Virus record (IMG/VR): IMGVR_UViG_3300021467_000006
Location: 32,321-96,320 of that record
Reading direction: 5' to 3' (one strand)
DNA from: a virus
Length of the DNA: 64,000 nt
A model generated the notes under the pieces. It worked only from the letters and a program-made list of their open reading frames with translations. It had not been told where the DNA came from and searched no databases. Position numbers and translations under genes: made by a program. Shown piece by piece: positions 7,955-17,875 of this stretch (its first letter is position 1; each line of letters opens with the position of its first letter).

Positions 7955-9406
7955 ATGTTTTCCAAAACCCATGAAGGTGGAACTCAGTATCCCTTCTCTT
8001 TAGATCATCATTTAGAATTCTTCTCTAAAGCAGGCTCCCTTTTTAAGAAAAGAGAATCTTTTTATGGATCTGAAGAATCAGCTCTTTCTCTTTTCCAGAA
8101 AATGTGGGTAGTAGATGAAGAGTTATCTATGAAACTGCTCTTTTGGCTGAGAGATTGCAGAGGTGGAGCTGGAAATAGATCCGGTTTTAGAGAATGTATC
8201 AATTGGTTAGCTACCTATGATCCTAGCCTGCCTTTTGATTTTCCAAATTACAAATGGGTAAAAGCCAACTTACATCTAATCCCAAAGTATGGAAGATGGG
8301 ATGACTTGAAGGCTTTATTTGGAACTACTTTGGAAGAGAAAGCTGCAAAATTCTGGGCTGAAGCTTTAAAGAAAAGAGACATTCTTGCAGCTAAATGGGC
8401 TAAAAGGCATTATAAGCCTCTTCAAAAAGCATTAAATACCAACGAAGCTAGATTAAGGAAGATGCTTTCTAGAATTAGAAAGAATCATATAGTTGAGTAC
8501 AAATTGTGCTCTAATCTCTGGAAAGAGATTGAATATCCTAAAGTACCTTCTGTAGCAATGGCAAGATATACAAATGCTTTTGCCAGGCATGATGAAGAAG
8601 GCTTCAGGAAATTCAAAGAAGACTTAAGAAAAGGAAAGGTAGAAATCAAAGCTTCTGTACTTTTCCCCCACGATTGCGTCAGAACTGTAAGAAGTGGAGA
8701 CGCAGAAATAGCAGATGCTCAGTTTGAAGCTCTTCCTAATTATCTGGATGGTAATAAAGAGCGTATTATCGTAATTTCTGATACTTCAGGATCTATGAGT
8801 ATTCGAGTATCTGGTTCTGTCAGGGCTGTAGATATCTCTATTGGAATGGCATTGTATTGCTCTGCCAAGATTCCTAAAGATAATCCTTTCCATAAGAAAT
8901 TCATTGCATTCTGCTCTGAAGGTAGTTTTAAGGATTGGAATGGAATGAAATTTTCAGAAGCAGTAACAAGTGGAGAGATATTTGATGGTGCCATAGGTGG
9001 AACTAGAATTGATAAAGCTCTTGATTTGATACTCAAAACAGCAAGATTCTTCAATCTCACTAATGAGCAAATGCCTACTTGCTTGCTTATTGTTTCGGAT
9101 ATGCAATTTCATGAAGGTTTATCACAATGGAATTGGGGCAAAAAAGACTTCACTCCCGAATTAGTACAAACAGAAGTCAATAAAGCACTAAAGAGATGGG
9201 ATAAAGCTGGGTATAAAAGACCTAAGATAATCTACTGGAATACCGCTGGTTATGCTGGGTCTCCAGAAACAGTCAGAGCTGAAAATACAGCTTTGGTATC
9301 TGGTTTTAGTCCATCTATACTTAAAGCTATTTTCTCTGCTTCAGAATTCACACCTTATACAATTATGTTAGAAGCTATCAAGAAGTATAAAATCAATAAA
9401 CCTTAA
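7955..9406 (+). CDS. DUF2828-family protein with C-terminal vWA domain (Ro60/TROVE-like architecture)
   Basis: RDCRGGAG, YGRWDDL, LAAKWA, KVPSVAM, MIDAS DTSGSM, SDMQF, IYWN and VSGFSP motifs; AGGAGG RBS. Confidence 0.85.
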   Translation: MFSKTHEGGTQYPFSLDHHLEFFSKAGSLFKKRESFYGSEESALSLFQKMWVVDEELSMKLLFWLRDCRGGAGNRSGFRECINWLATYDPSLPFDFPNYKWVKANLHLIPKYGRWDDLKALFGTTLEEKAAKFWAEALKKRDILAAKWAKRHYKPLQKALNTNEARLRKMLSRIRKNHIVEYKLCSNLWKEIEYPKVPSVAMARYTNAFARHDEEGFRKFKEDLRKGKVEIKASVLFPHDCVRTVRSGDAEIADAQFEALPNYLDGNKERIIVISDTSGSMSIRVSGSVRAVDISIGMALYCSAKIPKDNPFHKKFIAFCSEGSFKDWNGMKFSEAVTSGEIFDGAIGGTRIDKALDLILKTARFFNLTNEQMPTCLLIVSDMQFHEGLSQWNWGKKDFTPELVQTEVNKALKRWDKAGYKRPKIIYWNTAGYAGSPETVRAENTALVSGFSPSILKAIFSASEFTPYTIMLEAIKKYKINKP

Positions 9407-9407
9407 C

Positions 9408-9434
9408 AAAAGGCGGGTTAAATCCCGCCTTTTT
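9408..9434 (+). terminator. Intrinsic terminator
   Basis: AAAAGGCGGG-ttaaat-CCCGCCTTTTT directly after the stop codon. Confidence 0.85.
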
Positions 9435-9447
9435 AATATAAGGAGAA

Positions 9448-9825
9448 TTGAATATGCTCTCGTATAAAACTCTGGATAGAATAGAAGAATATACCTCTTT
9501 ATTTTCTCTCATAATCATAACAATAGCGACTATGGCAATTATGGTTTGTTTAATAACAATAACCATGAATGCCATCTGCAAGATAACTTCTACTCCTATA
9601 CAGATAATCCTAATAATAGCCATAATATTAGATATAGTAGTTATCCTATTAAAATACATAATAAATACAATATTGGATATTTTATTTATGAAGAAAACAA
9701 CTAAAATAATCGAGGGAGGAAATAATAAAGATGTCATTATCTTTAGGAAACCAGGTAGAAACAATATCGAAGCTATTCATTCTGGAAAGAAACAAAGAAA
9801 ATTTCAAGAAAGCAACAACACTTAA
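9448..9825 (+). CDS. Hypothetical membrane protein
   Basis: AGGAG RBS, two hydrophobic segments; overlaps the next ORF. Confidence 0.45.
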   Translation: MNMLSYKTLDRIEEYTSLFSLIIITIATMAIMVCLITITMNAICKITSTPIQIILIIAIILDIVVILLKYIINTILDILFMKKTTKIIEGGNNKDVIIFRKPGRNNIEAIHSGKKQRKFQESNNT

Positions 9826-9982
9826 AATAGTGGGATATGATATATCTGGAGCACAAATAGCAGGTTTTGAGATACCTAAAGAAAACACAGACAAAGTTAA
9901 AACTTTAATAATAGAAGAAATGGAATCGCAGATAAAAATTTTAAAAGAGATCAGGAGTAACAATGAGACCAAGTTGGCATGA
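9731..9982 (+). CDS. Hypothetical protein
   Basis: GGAGG RBS upstream; overlaps the dCMP deaminase start. Confidence 0.6.
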   Translation: MSLSLGNQVETISKLFILERNKENFKKATTLKIVGYDISGAQIAGFEIPKENTDKVKTLIIEEMESQIKILKEIRSNNETKLA

Positions 9983-10508
9983 ATATTTTATGTTAATAGC
10001 AAAAGTAGTCGCTACCCGATCTACATGCAATTCCCGTCCAATTGGAGCTGTTATAGTAAAAGATAACCGTATTCTAGCTACTGGCTACAACGGAGCTATT
10101 CCTAAAGCAACTCATTGTACAAGTCTGTTGATGGGCAAAGAGCCTTTCTGCATGAGAAGATATATGAAAGCTGAAGAACACAGCAAAATGGATTATTGCG
10201 TAGCTGTTCATGCAGAGGCTAATGCTGTGGCTCAAGCTGCAAAGATGGGAACAAGTATAGAGGGAGCTTCTATTTATTGCACAGTTTCTCCTTGTTATTC
10301 ATGTTTCAAATTATTAGCTTCTGCAGGTATAAAAAACATATTTTATGAATTGGGATATTCATCTAAGGACAAAAAAAGAGATAAATTCTGGAAGGAACAA
10401 ATTAAGAAATCAGGAATAAATATGAAGCAAATAACAATTAATGAAAATTCTATGAAATATATGTTGGAGATGATTCAGGGAATAACATCATTAAGAAGGT
10501 TTAAATGA
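9963..10508 (+). CDS. dCMP deaminase (ComEB-like)
   Basis: RPSWHEYFM, RSTC, ATGYNG, HAEANA and SPCYSC zinc motifs. Confidence 0.95.
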   Translation: MRPSWHEYFMLIAKVVATRSTCNSRPIGAVIVKDNRILATGYNGAIPKATHCTSLLMGKEPFCMRRYMKAEEHSKMDYCVAVHAEANAVAQAAKMGTSIEGASIYCTVSPCYSCFKLLASAGIKNIFYELGYSSKDKKRDKFWKEQIKKSGINMKQITINENSMKYMLEMIQGITSLRRFK

Positions 10509-10520
10509 GGAGGAGACAAA

Positions 10521-10718
10521 ATGGATGAATTGCAAGAAAAAATAACAATAGAAATCCCAGAAACTGCTTTTATAGAATTAATTTTAGGTTATGTAAGAGA
10601 AAAGATGGAAATAAATATAGAAGATCCAGAAATAGAAATAAGATATTCTAAAGGATTAAATAATCCAGGAAATATGATTGTTTCAGTCCACGGTAAGGCC
10701 ATCAAAAGGAACCTATAA
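10521..10718 (+). CDS. Hypothetical protein
   Basis: GAGGAG RBS, tight gene packing. Confidence 0.6.
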   Translation: MDELQEKITIEIPETAFIELILGYVREKMEINIEDPEIEIRYSKGLNNPGNMIVSVHGKAIKRNL

Positions 10719-10922
10719 ATGAGATATTTTTCTTGTAGAGATCTGCTATCTGGAAATATTAGTTCTCTTAAGGTTGGTGACAGAATAGTAGGTATTGGAT
10801 TTGTTCAAACAGAAAGAGAAGCACAATTGATAAAAGATCTCTGCAAAACTATAAAAAATTGTCATGATAAAACATGGAGTAAAAATATAAAAAGGAAGAG
10901 AAGAGGCTGTTATGAATATTAA
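10719..10922 (+). CDS. Hypothetical protein
   Basis: Abuts both neighbours. Confidence 0.5.
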   Translation: MRYFSCRDLLSGNISSLKVGDRIVGIGFVQTEREAQLIKDLCKTIKNCHDKTWSKNIKRKRRGCYEY

Positions 10923-11268
10923 GAAAATCATAAAAAAACATTATAACTTCTATAAAAAACCTCAATTAATTCAACTTGTACCTACTTTAGAGATTCATAT
11001 TGGATATGGATTGAATTTAACAAAAACAGGAATAGACAGAGATATAGCTGAAGAATTATTAAGCAGGGAAATTACAAAAATATGGAGGCATCTAAGAGCT
11101 AAATATAATTGGTGGGAAGATTTAGATCATGATACTCAAACAAAGCTCTTATTCATAGTTTATGATTCTTATGGTTATGATTTAAATGAGGAAATAATAG
11201 ATTCTATAGAGAAAGGAGAATTGGATATAATTGATAACATTTTCAACCAGATTTTAGAAGGAGCTTGA
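10912..11268 (+). CDS. Degenerate T4-lysozyme-like (GH24) protein
   Basis: IKKH...HIGYGLNL...GIDRDIAEELL...WWEDLD pattern; the usual catalytic HEG motif and the C-terminal part are missing. Confidence 0.45.
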   Translation: MNIKKIIKKHYNFYKKPQLIQLVPTLEIHIGYGLNLTKTGIDRDIAEELLSREITKIWRHLRAKYNWWEDLDHDTQTKLLFIVYDSYGYDLNEEIIDSIEKGELDIIDNIFNQILEGA

Positions 11269-11269
11269 A

Positions 11270-11626
11270 ATGATGACTCTACACAGACTTCCTCTAAATT
11301 GTTTCACTAAAAGAAGTAACCTCTTAAGCAGTTTGAATTATTGTAACAGGTTTATGGATTATTTAGTAGACGTTCTGGATGTTACAGAAATAGGAAGGAT
11401 AGCACATTTAATTGGCGGTGCAAGCTGGAATGGTAAAGAACCAGGAGTATCCATAACCAGCATGTATATAGAAAGCGGGTCTCAATTACATACATGGCCT
11501 GAAAAGAATGAATTCTATCTAGATATAACATCCTGTAAAGAATTTTCCAATGCAGTAGTCATTACTGCTGTAGAAAACTTCTTTGATGCGGAGGTGACAG
11601 AATTGTGCGTTATATTGAAGGAATAA
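11270..11626 (+). CDS. speD: Pyruvoyl-dependent decarboxylase proenzyme, S-adenosylmethionine decarboxylase (SpeD) family
   Basis: PGVS...IES(G)SQLHTWPE...YLDITSCKEF matches the class 1b AdoMetDC pattern. Confidence 0.75.
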   Translation: MMTLHRLPLNCFTKRSNLLSSLNYCNRFMDYLVDVLDVTEIGRIAHLIGGASWNGKEPGVSITSMYIESGSQLHTWPEKNEFYLDITSCKEFSNAVVITAVENFFDAEVTELCVILKE

Positions 11627-12015
11627 GAGTTTGGGGAGGTTCTTTTTTAGAATTAGTTCTGAAAGAGAATAACTGGGATTTGAAGAAAGCTAAAAAGAAT
11701 TTAGAGAAGGAATATTATGAAACTTCAACTACAAGAATGGCTAAAAGATGGGGTTTTCATTATCAAACAGTATATAACACAATAAAGAAACTGGGGATAA
11801 AAATAAAGCCCAAAGGATGGGCAGGCACTAAAACCAGATTCCAATTAAAGGTGGAGGAATTTGGTGGTTATGAAAAAATGATGGAAAAATTCAAATATGA
11901 AAGGTTAGTGGATATTGCAAGGAAGTTAGGCTTTTCAGGTTGCTATACTAAGAATTGCTTATTAAAAGCCGGATATGATTGGGATAAAAACAAAGGAGAG
12001 TGGATAAAGCTATGA
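11605..12015 (+). CDS. Tandem-HTH DNA-binding protein, paralog of 12000..12407
   Basis: STTRMAKRWGFHYQTVYNTIKKLGIKIK and LVDIARKLG. Confidence 0.7.
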   Translation: MRYIEGIRVWGGSFLELVLKENNWDLKKAKKNLEKEYYETSTTRMAKRWGFHYQTVYNTIKKLGIKIKPKGWAGTKTRFQLKVEEFGGYEKMMEKFKYERLVDIARKLGFSGCYTKNCLLKAGYDWDKNKGEWIKL

Positions 12016-12407
12016 TAGAAATAAAAAACGGTACTTTCCTTAAATTAGCGTTGGAAGAATGTGGCAATGATTTAGAAGCTCTCAAAGAAAGATTAAGCAA
12101 AGAATATGACAAATATGGAACTACAAAAATGGCTGAAAAGTGGGGATATCATCCAAATACTATATGGATGGCCTTGAAAAGATTAGGAATAAAAATAAAG
12201 GAAAAGGGATGGCAGGAATACCATGAAACACGTATGAAAAAAGCATTAAAAGAAATTGGAGGCATAGAAACACTGCTTAAAACAAGAGAGAAGACAAAAG
12301 ACATAGCTACAAAGATGGGTATTTCTCCGCAGTATTTAAATAATTTTATGTGGAAACATGGTTATAAGAGATCAAGAAGAGAAAAAAGATGGGTAAAAGC
12401 AAGCTAG
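12000..12407 (+). CDS. Tandem-HTH DNA-binding protein, paralog of 11605..12015
   Basis: GTTKMAEKWGYHPNTIWMALKRLGIKIK and TKDIATKMG. Confidence 0.7.
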   Translation: MDKAMIEIKNGTFLKLALEECGNDLEALKERLSKEYDKYGTTKMAEKWGYHPNTIWMALKRLGIKIKEKGWQEYHETRMKKALKEIGGIETLLKTREKTKDIATKMGISPQYLNNFMWKHGYKRSRREKRWVKAS

Positions 12408-12410
12408 GAA

Positions 12411-12734
12411 TTGATAAGGAGGGAAGCAATGGATGATAAGCCACCATTCAAACCGGAGAATAAAAAACTTTACCAAAAAGCACTGAACAAATGGGGAATG
12501 GAATTTCAGTTATTAATGTTGATGGAAGAATGCTCAGAATTGATTACCGCTACTTCAAAGGTCTTTAGATATAATAACCTGGAGGTAATAGATAGGCTTG
12601 CTGAAGAAATAGCTGATGTTGAAATAATGATCGAACAGATAAAATATGCCATTGGCTTACAAGAAGCATGTAGGTTGCACAAAGAGAAGAAAATTTACAG
12701 ACTTTCAAAGCTATTGGAGGAAAGAGATGAATGA
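12411..12734 (+). CDS. MazG-like NTP pyrophosphohydrolase
   Basis: MEECSEL...LAEEIADVEIM. Confidence 0.8.
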   Translation: MIRREAMDDKPPFKPENKKLYQKALNKWGMEFQLLMLMEECSELITATSKVFRYNNLEVIDRLAEEIADVEIMIEQIKYAIGLQEACRLHKEKKIYRLSKLLEERDE

Positions 12735-15392
12735 ATACTCTACTATGGATAATATGAGTGAAATCATAAAAAAGGGTTTTAAATCCAAACAAGAAGCGAT
12801 TAATTACATGGCTGCTTACCCTGAGAAACATATGCCGTCATTCTTTGTTAAGGAAATAAGGGAATATGAACTCTGGGATTGTTTTGTCAAACAGGCTAAA
12901 AAGAAGAAAGATAAAGCGAGGAAAAGAGATGAGTAGTAGTTGGAGAATAATAATTGGAATGTTTCTAATCATGCTGCCTCTTATGGTTAGTTTGGGATAT
13001 AGTGTCTGGTCATTGGGTTTAAGACAGACGATTTTAATTATGTTGTTAGTCGTTTCCATATTAGGATGTGTGGGTGGTGGACTTTATCTCTTACAAAATG
13101 GCAATGAAGAGGAGGGAGAATAAGATGAGTACAGATGATACATACGAGAAAGAAATTAAATATGATAAAGAGAAAGCCAGAAAGATTCTTATGAAGATAT
13201 TCGAGTGTAAAGAAACTAATACAAAAAAGGAAGAGGATGAGAAATGAAGAAAATTAAAGATATAGCAATATGGATATTATTTCAATTAATAGCAATAACA
13301 TTGCTTTATTTGGCGGGAGTCAAGGATGTAAAAGGCGCTGAAAATGTCTTAAAATTTATCATAGCTATTAATTGTGTTTTTTCTATTCTTATCCTTATTT
13401 TAGTTACTAAGGAAGATGAGAGAGTTATTTCAACATTAGCTAATAAATATAGAATCCCTTACGCAATTGACATGATTTACAGCTTACTTTTTGCATGTGC
13501 TTTAGCATGGTTTGGCTATACAGTCTTAGCTATAGTAGATTTTGTAGCTGGCTTAGCCCAAATAGGCACATCTCAAGAAGTAGAGAAGTTAAAAAAAGGA
13601 GAAAAATGTGAATAATGAGAATCAATATGAAGCAATAACAGAGACAATTTTGGTAGACATGACAAAAAAAGAAGAAATTTGGAAGCAAGTTAAACGAATG
13701 GAAGAGGTCTTCAACGAACACGAAAAAGTCAACGATGATTATCACATGGCCAGAGCTACAATGCTGGCTAACTTTGGAGAAAAAGGAAGCATAAGAAAAG
13801 GGTTAATCAATTCTAATCAAACATTAACACAAATGATCGTTGAAGCCTTGGGTTGTTTAGTGGAAAAGGTCAATCAATATGAAGGGGCTATTATAGAAAA
13901 AGAAGAGACAAAAAGATTAATAAAATTGTAATTCCCTTATAATAAAAGAAAGGGGAAAATAAATAAATTCAATTATTGCAAAGGAGAGGAATGAAATACT
14001 TTCTACAACAACTTATAGCACTCCTGCTTATTGATTCTCCAGTACTTGTACTTCTTTATTATGCAATAGCTGAGGAAGTCCTTATACCTACACGGTTCAT
14101 GGTTCTTAATTTTGCCATATTAGTCACGTTGGGAATATTTATATATCCTTTTGGAGGGAAGAGATGAGCAGTTTTTTCTGTGAATATTGTGGGAAGGAAA
14201 TAATTGACACTGAGAATGGTTATATCACTGGATGTGAACATTATCCAATAGAAGAAAAATCCCAGCAACTAGATCCCAAAATGGAGGTATTATTAATAGA
14301 TATGCAAGAAGCTATAAAACCTAATTTAGAATATAAAATCATAACTGGAAATATTACAAAACTACAAACAATGCTAAATCAATGGCGTCACATGTATGAA
14401 TTAAATATCATTCAAATGATACAATATAAACAAGGATTAGCCATTTTATTGACAAGAAGGAGGATTAAATAATGGGTGAATACATTATATATCTGAAAGA
14501 AGGGGAAGCTATAGATTACAACATGGCCGAGGATGGAAAATATAAACCTGATTATAGAGGAAAAATAGTTGTTCCTTCAGAAATGAGAAGTGATGGATTA
14601 TGGCCTGTATATTTCTATAAAAATGGTTCTATGTATGCCTCTATAGATCCCAATCTACTCACCGAATTCATTGAGCCTCTAATTAAAAAATTAGAAGCGC
14701 AAAAAACAGAATATGAACATGAACATAAAATAGAAGAGCTACATAAAAAATTAGAAAAGGAAACCTCTGCAAGCGAAAATATTGCAAAGATACAAGGTTT
14801 ATTGAGATTATTGGATAAAGTTAATCCAGATGATTTAATACGTCTGAAGAAGGAAGGGATTTTATAAAGGGGTCTAATAATGATATTTAGGGGATTAGAT
14901 ATACCATATGGCAAGATTTCTGAGAAAACAAAAATAGATAAGCAATATCTATCAAATCTATTTTTAGATAATTATAAAGGAGAAATATCTATAATTGAAG
15001 ATGCAAGCCAAGATAGAATAGAATTAATGGAAATAATCACTCTCCAACCAAGGATAGCTATTAAAAAAGCGATTAACTATCCTCTTAATTGGTATGGCAG
15101 CCATGCTAAAATAGGTGAAGAAGCTGTAGAAAGATACTATAATGACAATTTATACTTAGTAATAGATCTCTGGATATCTAAAGAAATAAGAAAAGTTTTC
15201 GATAAGTATAAGAAAATCATATTAGCTGATGCTCAAGGAGTTATTGTTAAATATATTAATTACTCATGGGCAGACAAGCAAATATTAGATTATTGGTGGA
15301 TTACAATTTCACAACGAGATTATGATTTTTCGCAGTTAAAATCATCTGCAACATATTTTGTAGAAGCAAAATATAAAATAGGTATTATCTAG
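12728..15392 (+). CDS. Run of small co-oriented hypothetical genes (about 12728-12936, 12929-13123, 13244-13615, 13608-13931, 13976-14167, 14164-14472, 14472-14867, 14880-15392), several with transmembrane segments
   Basis: Tightly packed or overlapping ORFs with purine-rich RBSs; no family recognised. Confidence 0.6.
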
Positions 15393-15407
15393 ATCTATAA
15401 AAAAGGA

Positions 15408-15779
15408 TTGGAAATGAAAACATTTACTTGTCTGAAATGTGGAGGAAAATATATTCCAAAACAAGGAACGTTAAAAGACCTGGAATTCTGCGGGTTTATA
15501 TTAACAGTAAAAGATGTTGAATATTATGAATGCGAAAAATGTGGTAGGCTACTATTTTCCTCAGAAACTGCTGAAAAGATAGAAAAAGAGTTTTCTAAAG
15601 TTAAAAAAGAAGAAGGGTGTAAAGCATGTAAATATTCCTATTCTGGTTATTTCAAATACCTTAAAGGAAATGTCTGCATACATAACACAATAATAAAATA
15701 TTACCCCAAAGGAAGGATATTAAATCCTGATTTTAAAATACCTTCTTGGTGTCCACTTTTAAAAGGAGTTAAAACATGA
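15408..15779 (+). CDS. YgiT/MqsA-type zinc-finger protein
   Basis: CLKCGG...VKDVEYYECEKCGRLLFSSE, plus further Cys motifs. Confidence 0.65.
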   Translation: MEMKTFTCLKCGGKYIPKQGTLKDLEFCGFILTVKDVEYYECEKCGRLLFSSETAEKIEKEFSKVKKEEGCKACKYSYSGYFKYLKGNVCIHNTIIKYYPKGRILNPDFKIPSWCPLLKGVKT

Positions 15780-17165
15780 AGATACATCCAAAAGATATGC
15801 TATTAGAACCAACAAACAATGAAGATCTTTTAAAATATCCCAGAGATATGATGGAAATTGAAGAAGAAGCCCGAAAAGCCTTTAAAGCTAAAGAGCTGAG
15901 AGAAGAATATCTCGAATCTATCAAAAATAAAAAAGAAAGAAGAATAGTTCTGCAGAAGGAAAGGACATTGGAAGATGTATTATTAAGCGTAACAAAACTA
16001 TATCCAAACGGTTGTACTGTTAATTTCATAATAGAGGGAAGGAAGGTATATATTAAATATGGTTGTCATGGTTTTACAGCTTTCTTTTCTTTTAGTGGTG
16101 ATGAGAAATTATTTATTGATTGGTTCGAAGAAAATAAAGACGATAAAGAAAGGGTTAGGGTAGATCATATAATACATCCTAAAATCTTAGCAGAACTTAG
16201 AAAGAGAGTATATCAATGCCCTATATGTGGAGGGGAAATATATTCAATGTAAAAGTAACTGATTAAAAAGGAGTATAAAATGCGTAAACCTTGTGCTTTC
16301 AACAGGAATTCTTACTTGATACATGTTTCGGATTTTGAAAAACTTTTGGTTTCAGAAGCAGATATCGAATTGAAAGAATTCGATTATAATCCAAAAGATC
16401 TTGCTCTGGAATTGGCTTATACAAGATATCTGCTAGCAAAAGCTGAAAAGGAACTTGGTAAGAAACTAGATTTTGACGAATCTTATCCCATAAGGAACAA
16501 ATCAGGCAAAAGGGGAAGAGAGGAAGTAGATGTTGAAATACCTAACTCAGATGTAGTTGTTAAGATAACCTCTGAAGGCAATGGGATAATGTGGGAATGG
16601 AAAAATATAGAAAATATCAAATTGACTTTCCATAGAAGCGAATGGCCTTTGCATCCACGTTCTGAGTTCTCTTTTGAAGAATTACGGGAAATATCGCTTA
16701 CATCAGCTTATATTGTTGTTGAGTTCTTTGAGCCTCATTAATAGGATGAATTATGTTTATATTAAAATTATTTTGTATTTTATTATGGGCATTTATATGT
16801 ATCTTTAAACTCTGTATTATAGTTATTGTAGCGGTGTGTGTAGCAATTGGAGTTATTGGAATACGAGGATAGTGAATGATGGAATCTAATACCATTTTAG
16901 ATTGTTTATTATCGGTATTTATGCAGCTATTGGGGATAGAAATATGAATAAGGAATTAATAAAATGGACTTGCAAATATTGCTCTGCATATTTTGAATTT
17001 TATATGCATAAAAATTCAGATCAACCCCGTATTATCTCTGAAGATAGAATAATGATTCGGGAAACTACATTGTATTGCCCTTGGTGTGGAACACCTGTAA
17101 AAATAAGAGGAAAAATAGCTAAAATAATTATGGAAGATGCAAAATCTAAATTTATTGTTTCATAA
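15776..17165 (+). CDS. Hypothetical genes 15776-16252, 16280-16741 and 16902-17165 (zinc-ribbon motifs in the first and last)
   Basis: ORFs with RBSs; CPICGG; CKYC...CPWCG. Confidence 0.6.
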
Positions 17166-17410
17166 AAATAAACCATTCATTAATATCGTTATTTCATAAC
17201 AGGCATAACGCCTAATATATAAAAAATCATAATAATATCATAATAACTATACATTACTCCATATATCCCCTTATTATCACTCTTAGCTCTTAACACCCTA
17301 ACCTGTAGTTATCTAACATCATCCTATATGTTATCATTCTAACTGTTATCATGTTATCATATTTCATAATTTTTCATAATAACCCTATATCTTCACTGGT
17401 GGTGAATTAG

Positions 17411-17492
17411 AGAATTATCCCCCCTATATATGCTACTATATAGGGGGAGATTATTATAGCCTTATAGTAGCATATATAAGGGGGATAATTCT
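17411..17492. repeat. 30-bp inverted repeat (1 mismatch, 22-nt spacer) in the non-coding strand-switch region
   Basis: AGAATTATCCCCCCTATATATGCTACTATA ... TATAGTAGCATATATAAGGGGGATAATTCT. Confidence 0.9.
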
Positions 17493-17505
17493 TTAATAAT
17501 AAAAA

Positions 17506-17638
17506 TCATAATAATTATTATGAAAAATATATATTAGACGTTATGTCGGGAATGATATAAGTGTTTTCTATATTAACTAAAAAATCATAATAAAAATTAT
17601 GAAATTTATTGTTATGAAAATCATAATAATTATTATGA
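17506..17638. repeat. Three copies of the palindrome TCATAAT-N4-ATTATGA
   Basis: At 17506-17523, 17585-17602 and 17621-17638; two more copies at 63805 and 63970. Confidence 0.8.
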
Positions 17639-17667
17639 AAAAATTATGATGGTTTTTCTTCACTGTA

Positions 17668-17875
17668 TGGAGCCATCGTCGAATCAGCATTTAAGCGCTG
17701 GACTGGGGTGGTGTGGCCTCCCAGGTCTGGCTTTACAGGCCATTCGCTGTTGCATATCCCCCAACAGCGAATCCCCAGCCTATCCCCTGCCTTTCGGCAC
17801 CAGGACGGGGTGCCCTCTTAAAGGGCAAATCTGGGCAGCGCCACTTTTACAGCGAGGAGACGCCAGCCTCGGCTC
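17668..17875 (-). ncRNA. Candidate ~210-nt GC-rich structured RNA of unknown family
   Basis: About 60% GC in AT-rich flanks; ends pair (GAGCC/GGCTC); hairpins include TGCC-GAAA-GGCA (GNRA on the - strand) and an 11-bp ATTCGCTGTTG/CAACAGCGAAT stem. Confidence 0.6.

Noticed and set aside
7955-9406. Calling the protein a true Ro60/Rsr ortholog
   Set aside because: The motifs fit DUF2828 better, and the RNAs lack the canonical Y RNA bulged-helix sequence, so only an analogy is claimed.
17668-17875. tmRNA, RNase P RNA or SRP RNA
   Set aside because: GATTCGAC occurs, but near the 3' end and without a T arm or tag ORF. There is no GAGGAAAGTCC and no SRP CAGG..GNAA..AGCAG motif.
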